DNA from: Fibrobacteria bacterium
GTDB taxonomy: Bacteria > Fibrobacterota > Fibrobacteria > UBA11236
Length of the DNA: 51,015 bases
Direction: 5' to 3'
Assembly (NCBI GenBank): GCA_041746255.1
Contig: JBGTHM010000035.1
Coordinates: 1-51,015 of the forward strand
A program made the translations under genes and the position numbers. The notes below the pieces were generated by a model that was not told where the DNA came from, searched no databases, and worked only from the letters and a program-made list of their open reading frames with translations. Below, in pieces: positions 9,752 through 20,319 of the stretch. The number at the start of each line of letters is the position of its first letter. Positions within the stretch are counted from its first letter, which is position 1.

Positions 9752-11824
9752 TCACATCCCGACCTTTTGTGCATCACGCCGGAAAAGAATTCCTGCACCT
9801 TCCCGATTAAGCAGCTTTCCGGAGAAAACCTGATCGATTCCGTTTTCCGAGCGCACTACCAGCCTCGCCAGCAACATGCCCGAATCGGTGGGAAGTTCCA
9901 ACTCCAATTGCAATCCCGCATTGCTTCCCCGGTGCTTTTCCTTTCCCTTCACATCGAGTAGGCTCAATTCCCCTTCCCAACCGCGGGGAAGATCCAGCCG
10001 CAAAACACCCTGTCGTACCGAGCCTTTTAGCGCGTAAACATCGCCTGTGCGCGGCCGGGAAGACCTTATCGATGCAAGCCCCTGTCCCGTATAGACCGCC
10101 TCCAGCATGCCCGTCAGATAAACCAGAGGGGCGTTCCAATTGATGGTCACTTCGTTGGAGGCATAACTGCAATAGTGATCGAGGTACGCCGCTGCGGGCA
10201 GGGTGGAGGGATAAGCGGGGCAATACTCCTGGTCTTGCCTTCCGGGGTTGGGGCCGCCCACCAGAAATCCCGGTACGGGAGGCGCTATCCCATCGGCCTC
10301 GGAGGGACGGTGGTGGGGTTTGAAAGGAGACTTTCCACCAAATCCGGTAACATAGCTGTAACCCGTGCCGTTTCGTCCCAGCAGGTAATCCAGGCTACCC
10401 ACCGCGGCGCGAAGCAGCACACTGTCTCCGGTAGCGATGAATCCTTGCAGCATGAGCATGCCTTGATTCGCGGCCGCCGAATTACTGCCCCAGTTAAAAT
10501 CGGTGGCATTCATGCTGGCGGCGAAAGGATTGGTTTGTTGTCGGGAAGCCAATGCCTGCGCGGTAGCCGAAATCTTTTCCTGCGCCGCTTTTCTAAGCGC
10601 TGGGGAAGCGCCGGAGCCGGGCGCCATCAAGCTATATAATCCCAGCGATGCGACGGATTGCCAGGAAGGAGTTCCATACTCTCCGGCCAGATTCAGGGAT
10701 CCGTTGTTTCCTTCCGTGAAGAATTTTTCCTCTCCCGTCGCGAGGTAAAGCTCGATTCCCGCCCAGAGAAATTCATCGGCGACGCGGGTGTCGCCGTACT
10801 GTCCGGTTTTGATGGCCGGGGTATGTATGGTGTTGATTTGATCCTGGTTATAATAAACAGTAGGATTGGCTCGAGCCCAGGTCCAGGCTTTTTTCGCCGC
10901 CACCAAAGTGCTGTCGGCCAATCCCGGAAATTTCGCTTCGAAAGCACGGAAGATGCGTGAGGATTGGGCCATGACGGCGGCGAAATTCAAGGTGGCTGCG
11001 GTGCTTTTCTGCACCACGAAGCGAACGCCGACATCCCCTCCGGGCATCACGGTTCCGGAAAAATCCGGAGTGGTCAATTTATGGTATACACCCCCATCGC
11101 CTGGATCCTGCATGGTCAACATCCATCGCAAATTCCACAAAACCTCGTCCAGTAAATCGGGTACGCCATTGCCGCTTTCGGGAATGTTCAATTCCAGAGA
11201 GGCAAACGAGTTGGGAGAGTGCTGGTACGCAGCCAAAAGGGTATAGACGGAGATTCCGGAATTTACGATGTACTTGCCATAATCGCCGGCATCGTACCAT
11301 CCCCGGGCACTATAGATAAACGCGCCCTCGGGCCTACCCGGCGAAGCTGCGGAACCATGTACGATAACGCGATCGTCGGGATGACCTGATGACCGGGCCC
11401 ATTGACCGGCATGTTTAGGCTGAAGGTCGGTGGAAGCGCGATTATAGTAATAGACTTTGATGGCGCCCTTGAGTAAATCCCGATGCACCGAAGGGTCAAT
11501 GCGGAAAGCATACGAATGCCCCAGACCTGGAACTGCGACGACAAATTCCCCCGCTTGGGAGAAATCCCCGAAATCTGCCAGCCGGGCTTTTTCCCCAGAC
11601 GGGGCCCAAACGGCTTCGGCCCCCAGGGTTCCCGTAAAAAGGGTGTCGGCCAGATTGCGGGAAAGAATATGGAATTTATCGGTGGATGCACCGACAATTG
11701 CGGCTTTCTTGGGGGCATGAGGGTAATAGCCCACTTGGTTGAGGCGTATGTTTCCCGTGAAATCGGCGGTGGAAAGGACTGGAAGCCCCAAAAAACACAG
11801 GGCAAGGCTAAGATATTTGGGCAC
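9752..11824 (-). CDS. Glycoside hydrolase family 9 endoglucanase with N-terminal Ig-like domain and C-terminal sorting-like domain
   Basis: Signal peptide, IRLNQVGYYP, GWYDAGDYGKY, PHHRPS and YASNEVTINWNAPL (GH9 signatures). Confidence 0.93.
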   Translation of the reverse strand: MPKYLSLALCFLGLPVLSTADFTGNIRLNQVGYYPHAPKKAAIVGASTDKFHILSRNLADTLFTGTLGAEAVWAPSGEKARLADFGDFSQAGEFVVAVPGLGHSYAFRIDPSVHRDLLKGAIKVYYYNRASTDLQPKHAGQWARSSGHPDDRVIVHGSAASPGRPEGAFIYSARGWYDAGDYGKYIVNSGISVYTLLAAYQHSPNSFASLELNIPESGNGVPDLLDEVLWNLRWMLTMQDPGDGGVYHKLTTPDFSGTVMPGGDVGVRFVVQKSTAATLNFAAVMAQSSRIFRAFEAKFPGLADSTLVAAKKAWTWARANPTVYYNQDQINTIHTPAIKTGQYGDTRVADEFLWAGIELYLATGEEKFFTEGNNGSLNLAGEYGTPSWQSVASLGLYSLMAPGSGASPALRKAAQEKISATAQALASRQQTNPFAASMNATDFNWGSNSAAANQGMLMLQGFIATGDSVLLRAAVGSLDYLLGRNGTGYSYVTGFGGKSPFKPHHRPSEADGIAPPVPGFLVGGPNPGRQDQEYCPAYPSTLPAAAYLDHYCSYASNEVTINWNAPLVYLTGMLEAVYTGQGLASIRSSRPRTGDVYALKGSVRQGVLRLDLPRGWEGELSLLDVKGKEKHRGSNAGLQLELELPTDSGMLLARLVVRSENGIDQVFSGKLLNREGAGILFRRDAQKVGM

Positions 11825-12034
11825 AGTTCAACTCCAAGGGTTTCGGGGACAACACTACTCTCTTTGTAGTTAAACCCGGACATGGCGTTTTCCGCGACGA
11901 GCGCTTTCCATTACCTTTTTGGTCCCCACCCGCCCAAAACGGCCCGGGACCCGATGGGGGGTAGGGAGATGGGTCGGGAATTTCTAAATTAGGCGCGAAA
12001 TCAAGCTAAAACCAGCCTTTTCAAGGAGAGACAC

Positions 12035-13918
12035 ATGACGACGGCCGCACCCGAAAAAATGGAATTTCAAACCGAAGTCAAACAACTGCTCAACCTGATG
12101 ATCCATTCCTTGTACTCCCACAAGGAAATCTTCTTGCGCGAACTCATTTCCAACGCTTCGGACGCAATCGACAAGGCGCGCTACGACTCTCTCACCAATC
12201 TCGAGATTCTCGGTGAGGATAAAACCTTCAAAATCCGTATCGTCGCCAACAAGGACAAGAAAACCCTGACCCTTTCGGACAACGGCATCGGCATGACCCG
12301 CGAGGAAATCATCCGCAATATCGGCACCATCGCCAGCTCGGGCACCAAGCAATTCGTGGAAAAACTGACCGGCGATCAGAAGAAAGACATGAGCCTTATC
12401 GGCCAATTCGGCGTGGGCTTCTATTCAGTTTTCATGGTAGCCGACAAGGTCACGCTCACGACCAAAAGACTGGGTTCCGACGAACCCGCCATGAAATGGG
12501 AGTCGACGGGTGATGGATCCTACACGCTCGAAGAAGCCGAGAAGGCCGAGCGGGGAACCGAACTTGTCATCCATATCAAGGATGAGGAAAAAGATTACCT
12601 GGAAGATTATAAGCTCCGTTCCATCATCCGCAAATACAGCGAATACGTTCCCCATCCCATCGCGCTTACCGATAAGGAAGGCAAAGAGGAAATCGTCAAC
12701 ACCAAAGCGCCCATTTGGCGCCGCTCCAAGGCCGAGATAACGCCGGAGCAATACCAGGAATTCTATAAGCACATCAGCTACGATCAGGAAAACCCTCTCG
12801 ACTGGGCGCATACCCAGGTAGAGGGAACTTTGGAATATTCCGCCCTGTTGTACATTCCGTCCAAGGCTCCTTACGATCTCTTCCAACCCGAAAAAACCAA
12901 TGGCCTCAGCCTGTACGTAAAGCGTGTCTTCATCACCAGCGATTGCAAAGAACTGTTGCCCACTTACCTCCGCTTCGTAAAGGGTATTGTTGATTCCGAA
13001 GACCTGCCGCTTAACGTCTCGCGCGAGATTTTACAGCACAACGCCATCCTGGGCAAAATCCAGAAGGCTTCCACCAAGAAGGTTCTGAACCTGCTGGAAA
13101 CCATGGCCAAGGAGCGTCCGGACGATTACAAAAAGTTCTGGAAGGAATTCGGTTCGGTGATGAAAGAGGGCTTCCACATGAACTGGGAGAACCTCGACGA
13201 ATTGAAGCGGCTCATCCGTTTCGAATCGAACAAAACCGAAGCGGGCGGCTATGCGGGACTGGAAGAATACGTTTTGCGCATGAAGGAAGAGCAAAAGGAC
13301 ATTTATTATATCTCGGGCGAAAACCGCCAGGCGGTGGAAAACAGCCCGCATATGGAAGTGTTCAAAGACAAGGATGTGGAAGTGCTTTACCTCATCGACC
13401 CCATAGACGAATGGGTGGTGCAAAGCCTGACCGAATTCGACGGTAAAAAGCTTGTGAACGTGACCAAAGGCGATCTCGACCTGGGCGAGCTTTCCAAAGA
13501 AGAGAAAAAGGCCAAGAGCAAAAAGCAATCCGAGTTCAAGAAATTCATGGAGAGCATGGAAAAGTCATTCCCCGAAACGCTCAAGGAAGTGCGCGTCACC
13601 ACGCGCCTCAAAGAAAGCCCCACCTGCCTGGTGGCCGATGAAACCGACATGGGGGCCAACATGGAACGCATCCTCAAAATGGCCAATCAGAAGGTGGAAG
13701 CCGGCAAGCGGATTCTTGAAATCAACCCCGAACATCCCATCATCGTCAACCTCCATAAGAAATTCGAGGCCGACGAAAACGATCCGCAACTGAAGGAATG
13801 GTACGGCGTGCTGGTGGACCAAGCGCTTCTAGCCGAAGGCTCGGAGGTGAAAGACCCTGCGGGTTACGTGAACAAAGTAAACCGTTTCCTGGCCGAAGTG
13901 CTGCAAAAGCAGGGCTGA
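12035..13918 (+). CDS. htpG: Molecular chaperone HtpG (Hsp90)
   Basis: YSHKEIFLRELISNASDA, DNGIGMTREE, IGQFGVGFYS and LPLNVSREILQ; RBS AAGGAG. Confidence 0.98.
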   Translation: MTTAAPEKMEFQTEVKQLLNLMIHSLYSHKEIFLRELISNASDAIDKARYDSLTNLEILGEDKTFKIRIVANKDKKTLTLSDNGIGMTREEIIRNIGTIASSGTKQFVEKLTGDQKKDMSLIGQFGVGFYSVFMVADKVTLTTKRLGSDEPAMKWESTGDGSYTLEEAEKAERGTELVIHIKDEEKDYLEDYKLRSIIRKYSEYVPHPIALTDKEGKEEIVNTKAPIWRRSKAEITPEQYQEFYKHISYDQENPLDWAHTQVEGTLEYSALLYIPSKAPYDLFQPEKTNGLSLYVKRVFITSDCKELLPTYLRFVKGIVDSEDLPLNVSREILQHNAILGKIQKASTKKVLNLLETMAKERPDDYKKFWKEFGSVMKEGFHMNWENLDELKRLIRFESNKTEAGGYAGLEEYVLRMKEEQKDIYYISGENRQAVENSPHMEVFKDKDVEVLYLIDPIDEWVVQSLTEFDGKKLVNVTKGDLDLGELSKEEKKAKSKKQSEFKKFMESMEKSFPETLKEVRVTTRLKESPTCLVADETDMGANMERILKMANQKVEAGKRILEINPEHPIIVNLHKKFEADENDPQLKEWYGVLVDQALLAEGSEVKDPAGYVNKVNRFLAEVLQKQG

Positions 13919-13928
13919 GCTCGTCTGA

Positions 13929-15200
13929 GTGCCTAAGCTGAACGGTCCGGGAGGGCGCTGGTTCCAGGGTCTTTCCATTAGGACCCGGCGCACCTTTTTT
14001 CTCGATTGCCTACGCGGCATTTTCGCCGGCATCATCGACACCGGGCCTAAAACCTTCTTCCTCCTCATCGCGGTCAAGCAATACGCGGCCGGCGATTTGG
14101 CCAAAAGCCTGATCGCCGTGCCTACCGCCGTGGGCATGCTTTTAGCGGTTTTGCTAATTCCGTTTTATGGAAGACTGCGCGCCCGCAAAAGCGCCATCGC
14201 GGGCTGGGGACGGCTCCTGGCCGCTTTCTGCTTTTTTCTCGCGGCTATAAATCAAGGCTTGCAAGGCTATATCGTATGGATATTCGCAGCCCTGGTTTTT
14301 CATCCCATAACCATACCGTTACTCACTTCTGTCTACCATGAAAATTATCCCGCCCATGTGCGCGGCAAACTCTTTGCCGTCGCCACCACGCTCAACCTTA
14401 CCGTGAGCGCATTTTTCCATTGGCAAATCGGCCGTCTTCTCGACGCTCATATGGAGTATTACCGCCTGGTGCTCGTAGGGTTCGGAATCCTGTCGCTTTT
14501 TACGGCATGGGCTTTATGGCGTATGCCCTCCATTCGCCCCAAGTCTCCTGCCCGCGGAAACCACCGTGGCATGGCAGCCTTCTTTTCTTTCTTTCAAGCC
14601 TTTCGTTGGATCAAACGGGATAAAGCCTTTGCCTACCTCCTGTTGGTCTGGTTCCTTTTCGGTTTCGCCAGCCTAATGACCCTGCCGCTCAAGGTACTCT
14701 ACCTTTCGGAAGCGCGCTTCGGTCTGGTCTTCGCCACCGCCACCATTGCATTACTGATAGGCGTGATACCTGATTTGCTGCGATTGGTATCCACTCCCAT
14801 TTGGGCTTATTTCTTCGACCGCTACAATTTCATCGGCATCCGCATCGTCATGAATTTTTTCCTGTTGGCCTCGCTGGCGCTTTTTTTCCACAGCCGTACC
14901 CTGCCCTTTCTGGCCGCAGCCCAAGTATTGGAAGGGATATTCTTCGCGGGCGGCAATCTGGCCTGGAGCCTGTGGGTAACGCGATACGCTCCCCCGGGGC
15001 GTACCTCGGAATACATGGCCGTGCATCAATTCTTTACCGGAGTACGCGGCATTTTGGGTGTGTTTATAGGAATCAACATCGCCGGAAGGGTGGGAGTCCA
15101 GCCGGTGGCATGGCTGGCCATCGGATTGGTGGCGCTTTCCATCATCCTCATGCTTCCCATGCGCCACTTCGGCTCAGCGGGAGCGCGGGCTCCCCGATAA
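13929..15200 (+). CDS. MFS-type transporter
   Basis: 423 aa with about 12 hydrophobic segments in two halves; YPAHVRGKLFA loop motif. Confidence 0.75.
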   Translation: MPKLNGPGGRWFQGLSIRTRRTFFLDCLRGIFAGIIDTGPKTFFLLIAVKQYAAGDLAKSLIAVPTAVGMLLAVLLIPFYGRLRARKSAIAGWGRLLAAFCFFLAAINQGLQGYIVWIFAALVFHPITIPLLTSVYHENYPAHVRGKLFAVATTLNLTVSAFFHWQIGRLLDAHMEYYRLVLVGFGILSLFTAWALWRMPSIRPKSPARGNHRGMAAFFSFFQAFRWIKRDKAFAYLLLVWFLFGFASLMTLPLKVLYLSEARFGLVFATATIALLIGVIPDLLRLVSTPIWAYFFDRYNFIGIRIVMNFFLLASLALFFHSRTLPFLAAAQVLEGIFFAGGNLAWSLWVTRYAPPGRTSEYMAVHQFFTGVRGILGVFIGINIAGRVGVQPVAWLAIGLVALSIILMLPMRHFGSAGARAPR

Positions 15201-15257
15201 AATTTCCTGCTTTCGCAACGCCACGTAAATAGCTTTTTTATCGAAGGGGATACCCGC

Positions 15258-15752
15258 ATGGATTTCAGCAAACTACAACAACAACGTTCTGTATGGATAG
15301 CCCTGTTGGCGCTCACCGCGGCTATCCTCGCCTATCTGACCTTCGTCAGCGTATCGCGGGAAAGACGGATGCAGGCCTTGCAGGAGGAACTCGCGGTGCT
15401 TCGTGCCGAATTTACGGATGCGAGCCACGGTTTGGAAGACTGTCGAGCCATACGCGAAAATCTACCGGTATTGCGCGACGACGAAGTGGAAAGATTACGC
15501 AGGCGAGGCTTGGAACAACCCATTGGGTGGATTAAAAACAGCCTGCGGAATAATGCTCAGTTGATCCCCTATCAGGGCGTCCAAGGGGGGGAAATGCGTT
15601 TCCTGTCGGATCAAAACATCCATGTGCTCACTCCCCGATGGGTACTGGCCGAATTCGAAGACGGCCATATGGCCGGAAGAATACTGTTGGAATACCACGT
15701 TGCCGACAACGCGGGCATAGCCTGGAAGGTGATCGATTCCTATCTGGAATAA
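15258..15752 (+). CDS. Hypothetical protein with N-terminal TM anchor and short coiled coil
   Basis: RBS AAGGGG; single hydrophobic helix; C-terminal WVLAEFEDGH...WKVIDSYL. Confidence 0.65.
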   Translation: MDFSKLQQQRSVWIALLALTAAILAYLTFVSVSRERRMQALQEELAVLRAEFTDASHGLEDCRAIRENLPVLRDDEVERLRRRGLEQPIGWIKNSLRNNAQLIPYQGVQGGEMRFLSDQNIHVLTPRWVLAEFEDGHMAGRILLEYHVADNAGIAWKVIDSYLE

Positions 15753-15808
15753 CGGCTCGAACCCCGTATTCCGTATGATACGTATGCGCTTCGGTAAGCG
15801 AATCTTTC
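15753..15808. repeat. Degenerate direct-repeat copy of the pyrE 3' end (left boundary of an inserted cassette)
   Basis: 44/56 ungapped identity to 22252..22307 by manual alignment, with a 23/24 core CCGTATTCCGYATGATACGTATGC. Confidence 0.85.
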
Positions 15809-17549
15809 AGGGAATATATCGCAATTTTTGGACGAAGTGCGCATTCTCTGCCCTTAGACTGAGAATGAAAATTCCCGTAGAATGCGCCTTCACGTCGAAG
15901 AATACCCCGTTGTGCGTTGTGGAAACCGGTAGGATTTCCCGGTTCAACACATCGTATAACCTCACCTGGAAGGCTTCTGCACCCTGATAGGAAACATGCA
16001 GTTTTCCATGCGTAAAATCGGTAACGACATTCTTTTCGAGTGAAATGGGTTTACGGGTTACGACAGGTTTGTCGGTGGAATGGATTACCACGCGCCGATA
16101 GTCCGTCAAGGGGGCGATAGGGCTCCGATCGGTGACTTCCAGAATAATGTGCATTTCTTTTCCCAGCGACCCCTCGGGAACGGTTATGGACACAGAGGGT
16201 TTATCGGAATTTACGAGCGTGAGCGGCTTTTCCCAGGGGTTTTGGCCGGCCTCAAGATAATGCCACCAGGAAAAGTCCAACTCATCGTTGTCGGGATCAC
16301 TTGAAGCGGAAGCGTCGAAGTTCAGCTTATCTCCCGGCTTGGCGTAAACCTTGATGATGGCGTTAGTCGTGTCGCCATTGATCGCCGCGCGTGGGTGATG
16401 GTTCGCCTTCTCAAAAGGCTCTACGCTCCAGTCCATGCGCGCTTTGAAATCGTTCCACATCGCGGCCCGCCAGCGCCATCCCCCGGCATACACGTTGTCA
16501 TAGGTTTTTCCATCGACGGGATCCTTCCATTTGTCGGATATGTCGGAATGATCGGAATACGCCGCGAAGGGTTGGTATTGCTTCTCATGTTGACTGACTA
16601 TGGAGCGGGTGGAAAGCGGGTTTTTGTGTTTCACCCGCGAAAACCGCCCGCTCCAACCTCCCCAGGCGGGCTCAGACGGATCGGCAAGTCCGCGCGCGAC
16701 ATGCCGCATGAAAGGCGAGGTGCCGCCGCCTTCGATGAAGTGCATTCCACCCACCTTGCGCTGAGGATAGAGCGCGCCGAGTGCGCCATGGCCCGTTCGG
16801 ACATGCTCCTTGGCCCAATCATCCTGACCCTGAGCCGTGTTCGCATAAGGCTTCCATACATGGGAGGGGCCGAGTTCGGAATTGGTCGGGCCACCATAGG
16901 TGCGATTCTGATGGGAACTCCGCACCCAGTGGATATCGGGAAACTGATTGCATATCCAGGCGCCCGACTCATCCTGTGCACCGTTATCCATCACGCGGAT
17001 TTTCGAAACGAAGGCCTTCACCTCCGCTTGCGAATGCGACTCCCGATAATCAAATAGCGCTTGGGCCAAAGTGTTCGACCCCGAGTTTACGATGATATGC
17101 AGGGGACGCGGATCGTTTTTCAAAACGGCGGCCGTAACCAGTTTGGATCCCGGCGACGATTTTCCCTTGCCGACATCCGACATGCCCGTTCCCGCCTGGC
17201 CTTGCGAGACGATGCTGCGTAAATATTCGGGAGTCTGCCACCCGGAAGCGTGTTTCATCAGATTGGGGTACACTTTCGCATAACCGTCTATCAATTGAAG
17301 AAACAGATGGGGCCAAAGTTCCTTGGGATGAGAGGGTGGGTCAGCGCGGAAATAATATCCTGTAACGGCAATGAGACCCTCGAGTTCAAATTCATTCGAG
17401 CAGGCCAGCAAATGGACTATTTGTTGTTCTTCGTCGGGGTCGTGACCCATGTCGGCGAAAATGATGAGGCGATCCTTGTCGGATTGGGAGTATGCCGCGG
17501 TATTAAAAAGGACCGCCGCCAATACCATAACAAATATGAAAACTTTCAT
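15807..17549 (-). CDS. Secreted DUF1593 / nucleoside-hydrolase-like domain protein with C-terminal Ig/PKD-like and sorting-like domains
   Basis: Start moved to MKVFIF (signal peptide, RBS GAAAGG). Motifs DMGHDPDEEQ, GSNTLAQAL, EGGGTSPF, WGGWSGRF, DFKARMDW...ANHHP and DASASSDPDND. Confidence 0.75.
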   Translation of the reverse strand: MKVFIFVMVLAAVLFNTAAYSQSDKDRLIIFADMGHDPDEEQQIVHLLACSNEFELEGLIAVTGYYFRADPPSHPKELWPHLFLQLIDGYAKVYPNLMKHASGWQTPEYLRSIVSQGQAGTGMSDVGKGKSSPGSKLVTAAVLKNDPRPLHIIVNSGSNTLAQALFDYRESHSQAEVKAFVSKIRVMDNGAQDESGAWICNQFPDIHWVRSSHQNRTYGGPTNSELGPSHVWKPYANTAQGQDDWAKEHVRTGHGALGALYPQRKVGGMHFIEGGGTSPFMRHVARGLADPSEPAWGGWSGRFSRVKHKNPLSTRSIVSQHEKQYQPFAAYSDHSDISDKWKDPVDGKTYDNVYAGGWRWRAAMWNDFKARMDWSVEPFEKANHHPRAAINGDTTNAIIKVYAKPGDKLNFDASASSDPDNDELDFSWWHYLEAGQNPWEKPLTLVNSDKPSVSITVPEGSLGKEMHIILEVTDRSPIAPLTDYRRVVIHSTDKPVVTRKPISLEKNVVTDFTHGKLHVSYQGAEAFQVRLYDVLNREILPVSTTHNGVFFDVKAHSTGIFILSLRAENAHFVQKLRYIP

Positions 17550-17594
17550 TTTAACCTTTCGAGGGATCAGGCGCCGGTATCGCCGGTGCATCAG

Positions 17595-17608
17595 GGAAAT
17601 CGTTTCCA
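17595..17608. promoter_or_regulatory. Possible LacI/GalR-type operator
   Basis: GGAAATCGTTTCCA fits TGNAANCGNTTNCA at all but the first base; it lies between divergent secreted-protein genes. Confidence 0.3.
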
Positions 17609-17811
17609 ACTAAGAACAAAGATCCCGGTAAAAGAATAGTTTCACTACAGCAGAAATCGAAACCTGTGGGTATTTTTACGGGGGAAGTGATCCTCATGGA
17701 GTTGAGGTTTTTTGGGATAGGGAATACGGTCCAAAAATGGAATGTGAAAATCGAATTGCTCCGAATCCGTTTGCGAATTGGACTAGTCATAAAGTTAAGC
17801 TGGCTAAGGCT

Positions 17812-20280
17812 ATGCAACGCCAGTTGCCATCCCTTGCTACAATTTACTTCGGATGCCTCGTTTTCGGGTTAGATATTCCACACGCCCAACCCGTCGGGAT
17901 TTTTCATGATTCCCTCATCAGCCAACACGCTTTCGCCGCCAAAGAAATCCGGGCGGCCCTCGAAGCCAAGGGCCTTCAGGCCGAAATGCGCACTTTGGGA
18001 GAATTCTCCCCAACCTATCCCAACCGGAAAATCGTAATTGCCCTGGCTGCCAACTCCACGATAACCGCCGCGCTTGCCGCCGCGGGAGGCGACCCGGTAG
18101 TCGGATTGGGCGAACAAGCTTATGCAATACGCACCACCACCACGGGAAATTTTTCGCATTGGGTGATTGGCGGTGACGTGAATGGAGCCATGTATGGTGG
18201 ATTGCAAGTCTCCGAAAATATCTCCCACCGAGGTTTTGGCCCTACCGTCAACACTCAGGAATCCCCCCATATTCTCTACCGTGGCATCAAGTTCAACGCC
18301 CCCTTGGATGTTCGAAGCCCCGTCTACTATAGCAGCGGGTTTTCCGCGAATGATTTCCGCGGAACCGCCGCTAAAAAAGCCATACCCCATGTCTGGGATG
18401 TGAATTTCTGGTCGGAGTGGTTTGATGAAATGGCCCGACACCGGTACAATGTCCTTTCTCTTTGGACCCTACACCCTTTCACCTCCATGATCAAAATGCC
18501 GGAATATCCCAATGTCGCTTTGCAGAACGTGCAAGGATTCGACGGCTTTACCAAAAACCTTTCTATCGATCAGAAAATCGCCTATTGGCGGCAAGTGATG
18601 ACGCTCGCTCGTAATCGGGGATTCGAGTTTTACATCTTCAATTGGAATATCTACACCTACGGCGCCACCGGAAAATATGGTATCGACAACAGCCCGAATA
18701 ATTCCGCAACCGTCGAATATTTTCGAAAAAGCATGACCCAATTGCTGGATACCTATCCGGATCTCACGGGATTCGGAGTGACCGCCGGCGAGAATATGGG
18801 CGATATCAACGAAGCCGCCAATGCCAAATGGATGTGGAGCACTTATGGCAGGGGAGTTGCCGACTTCGCGAACGCGAACAAAAACCGGAAGGTTGTTTTC
18901 ATCCACCGCTACCATGGGGCAGGTGCATCCTCCGTGATGGCAAATTTTGGGGATCTCATCGCTTTACCGAATGTGCGATTCGACTTTTCCTATAAGTATG
19001 CCATTGCGCATATGTATTCCACGCCATCCCCGGCCTGGATTACCACTATCGACGGGAATGTTCCCGCCCAACTCGATCAATTCAAGGCCAAAACCTGGTT
19101 GGAATTGCGTAACGACGATTTTTACATGCTGCATTGGGGCAACCCCGATTTCGCAAGGAAGTATATTGCCGCCTTCCCGGATAAGGACCGTTATATCCGC
19201 GGGTTTTTCATGGGATCCGACGGATTCACTTTCACCCGGACATTCGCCGGTAAATCCCAGTGGTCCAAGGATATGCTGGAAATCAAAAGGCACTGGTATA
19301 CGCAAATGATTTGGGGAAGGTTAGCCTATAACCCCGCGCTTTCAGACGATGTTTTCCGGAACCACATGGCGGCCAAATATCCCGGTATCAGCTCAGGCAC
19401 CTTATTCTCCGCATGGAGCAAGGCCTCCGAAGCCGTGCCCCTCATGACCGAATTGGTGCAGGGAACTTGGAAGTCGGACTTCTTGTGGTGGCCGGAGGCG
19501 AGCTTGTCCCGAAGAGAGGGGTTCATCACCATCACGCAAATGGCGGAAACCGAACCTACTCCGGGTTCGGATAAATGCAGTATCGCCAAGACCGCATCCG
19601 GTGGTTGCGGGAATAAAATTTCCGCTGTAAAAGTCGCGGAGCAAATGGAATCCGCCGCCATGGGCGCGCTGAATCTGGTGGGAACCCAAGGGGCTTCGAC
19701 TCAAAACGAAATGCAAACCAATCTCGCGAATATCCGGGCCCTCTCCTACCTGGGCCTGTATTATGCCGAAAAAATCAGGGGAGCCGTTTTCAAGTCCTCC
19801 GGTAAAAACGCGGAAGCGCGGGAAGTCATGGGGCAAGCCTATTGCTACTGGAGCACTTACAGTTCGCTGATGAACGAAATGTATACCGGAATGGAGATGC
19901 AACGGACCAGCGCCTTTGCCAATTGGCTGGCCTTCGACTCCAAAGCTTTGGCGGAATACACTGCGCTCGGCGGAAAGGGAAACCCGGTTTGCAAAACCAT
20001 CACGGTATCTCTTGAGCGCGAGGGCAAGCTTAAGCCTCCGCCTTCGTTCCTCTCCCTTTCCCCTGAGGGACTTTCCCTTAACTTGCCGTCCCAGGGAACC
20101 CTTTCCCTTTCGATTTATTCGCTAAGAGGGGAAAGAGTCTCCCATATCGTCGCCTACACCGGCATTGCCGGAAAGCAATCCATTCCCCTGTCCGGAAATC
20201 TCGCCAATGGAGTGTATTGGGTAAGGATTAACTTCGATGGCGCAACCCTCACCCGAAAAATGAGCACCGTAGGCCGATAA
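17812..20280 (+). CDS. Secreted putative glycoside-hydrolase-like protein (GH20/GH67/GH115-like N-domain, barrel, helical domain) with T9SS-like C-terminal domain
   Basis: Likely start MQRQLP. IGGDVNGAMYGGLQ and P..LYRGIKFN pattern of GH20-superfamily N-domains. C-terminal LSIYSLRGE...LANGVYWVRI. Confidence 0.6.
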   Translation: MQRQLPSLATIYFGCLVFGLDIPHAQPVGIFHDSLISQHAFAAKEIRAALEAKGLQAEMRTLGEFSPTYPNRKIVIALAANSTITAALAAAGGDPVVGLGEQAYAIRTTTTGNFSHWVIGGDVNGAMYGGLQVSENISHRGFGPTVNTQESPHILYRGIKFNAPLDVRSPVYYSSGFSANDFRGTAAKKAIPHVWDVNFWSEWFDEMARHRYNVLSLWTLHPFTSMIKMPEYPNVALQNVQGFDGFTKNLSIDQKIAYWRQVMTLARNRGFEFYIFNWNIYTYGATGKYGIDNSPNNSATVEYFRKSMTQLLDTYPDLTGFGVTAGENMGDINEAANAKWMWSTYGRGVADFANANKNRKVVFIHRYHGAGASSVMANFGDLIALPNVRFDFSYKYAIAHMYSTPSPAWITTIDGNVPAQLDQFKAKTWLELRNDDFYMLHWGNPDFARKYIAAFPDKDRYIRGFFMGSDGFTFTRTFAGKSQWSKDMLEIKRHWYTQMIWGRLAYNPALSDDVFRNHMAAKYPGISSGTLFSAWSKASEAVPLMTELVQGTWKSDFLWWPEASLSRREGFITITQMAETEPTPGSDKCSIAKTASGGCGNKISAVKVAEQMESAAMGALNLVGTQGASTQNEMQTNLANIRALSYLGLYYAEKIRGAVFKSSGKNAEAREVMGQAYCYWSTYSSLMNEMYTGMEMQRTSAFANWLAFDSKALAEYTALGGKGNPVCKTITVSLEREGKLKPPPSFLSLSPEGLSLNLPSQGTLSLSIYSLRGERVSHIVAYTGIAGKQSIPLSGNLANGVYWVRINFDGATLTRKMSTVGR

Positions 20281-20319
20281 CGCTCCAACCGCGAAACCTT
20301 CATCCCAAGTTAAAGCAAC

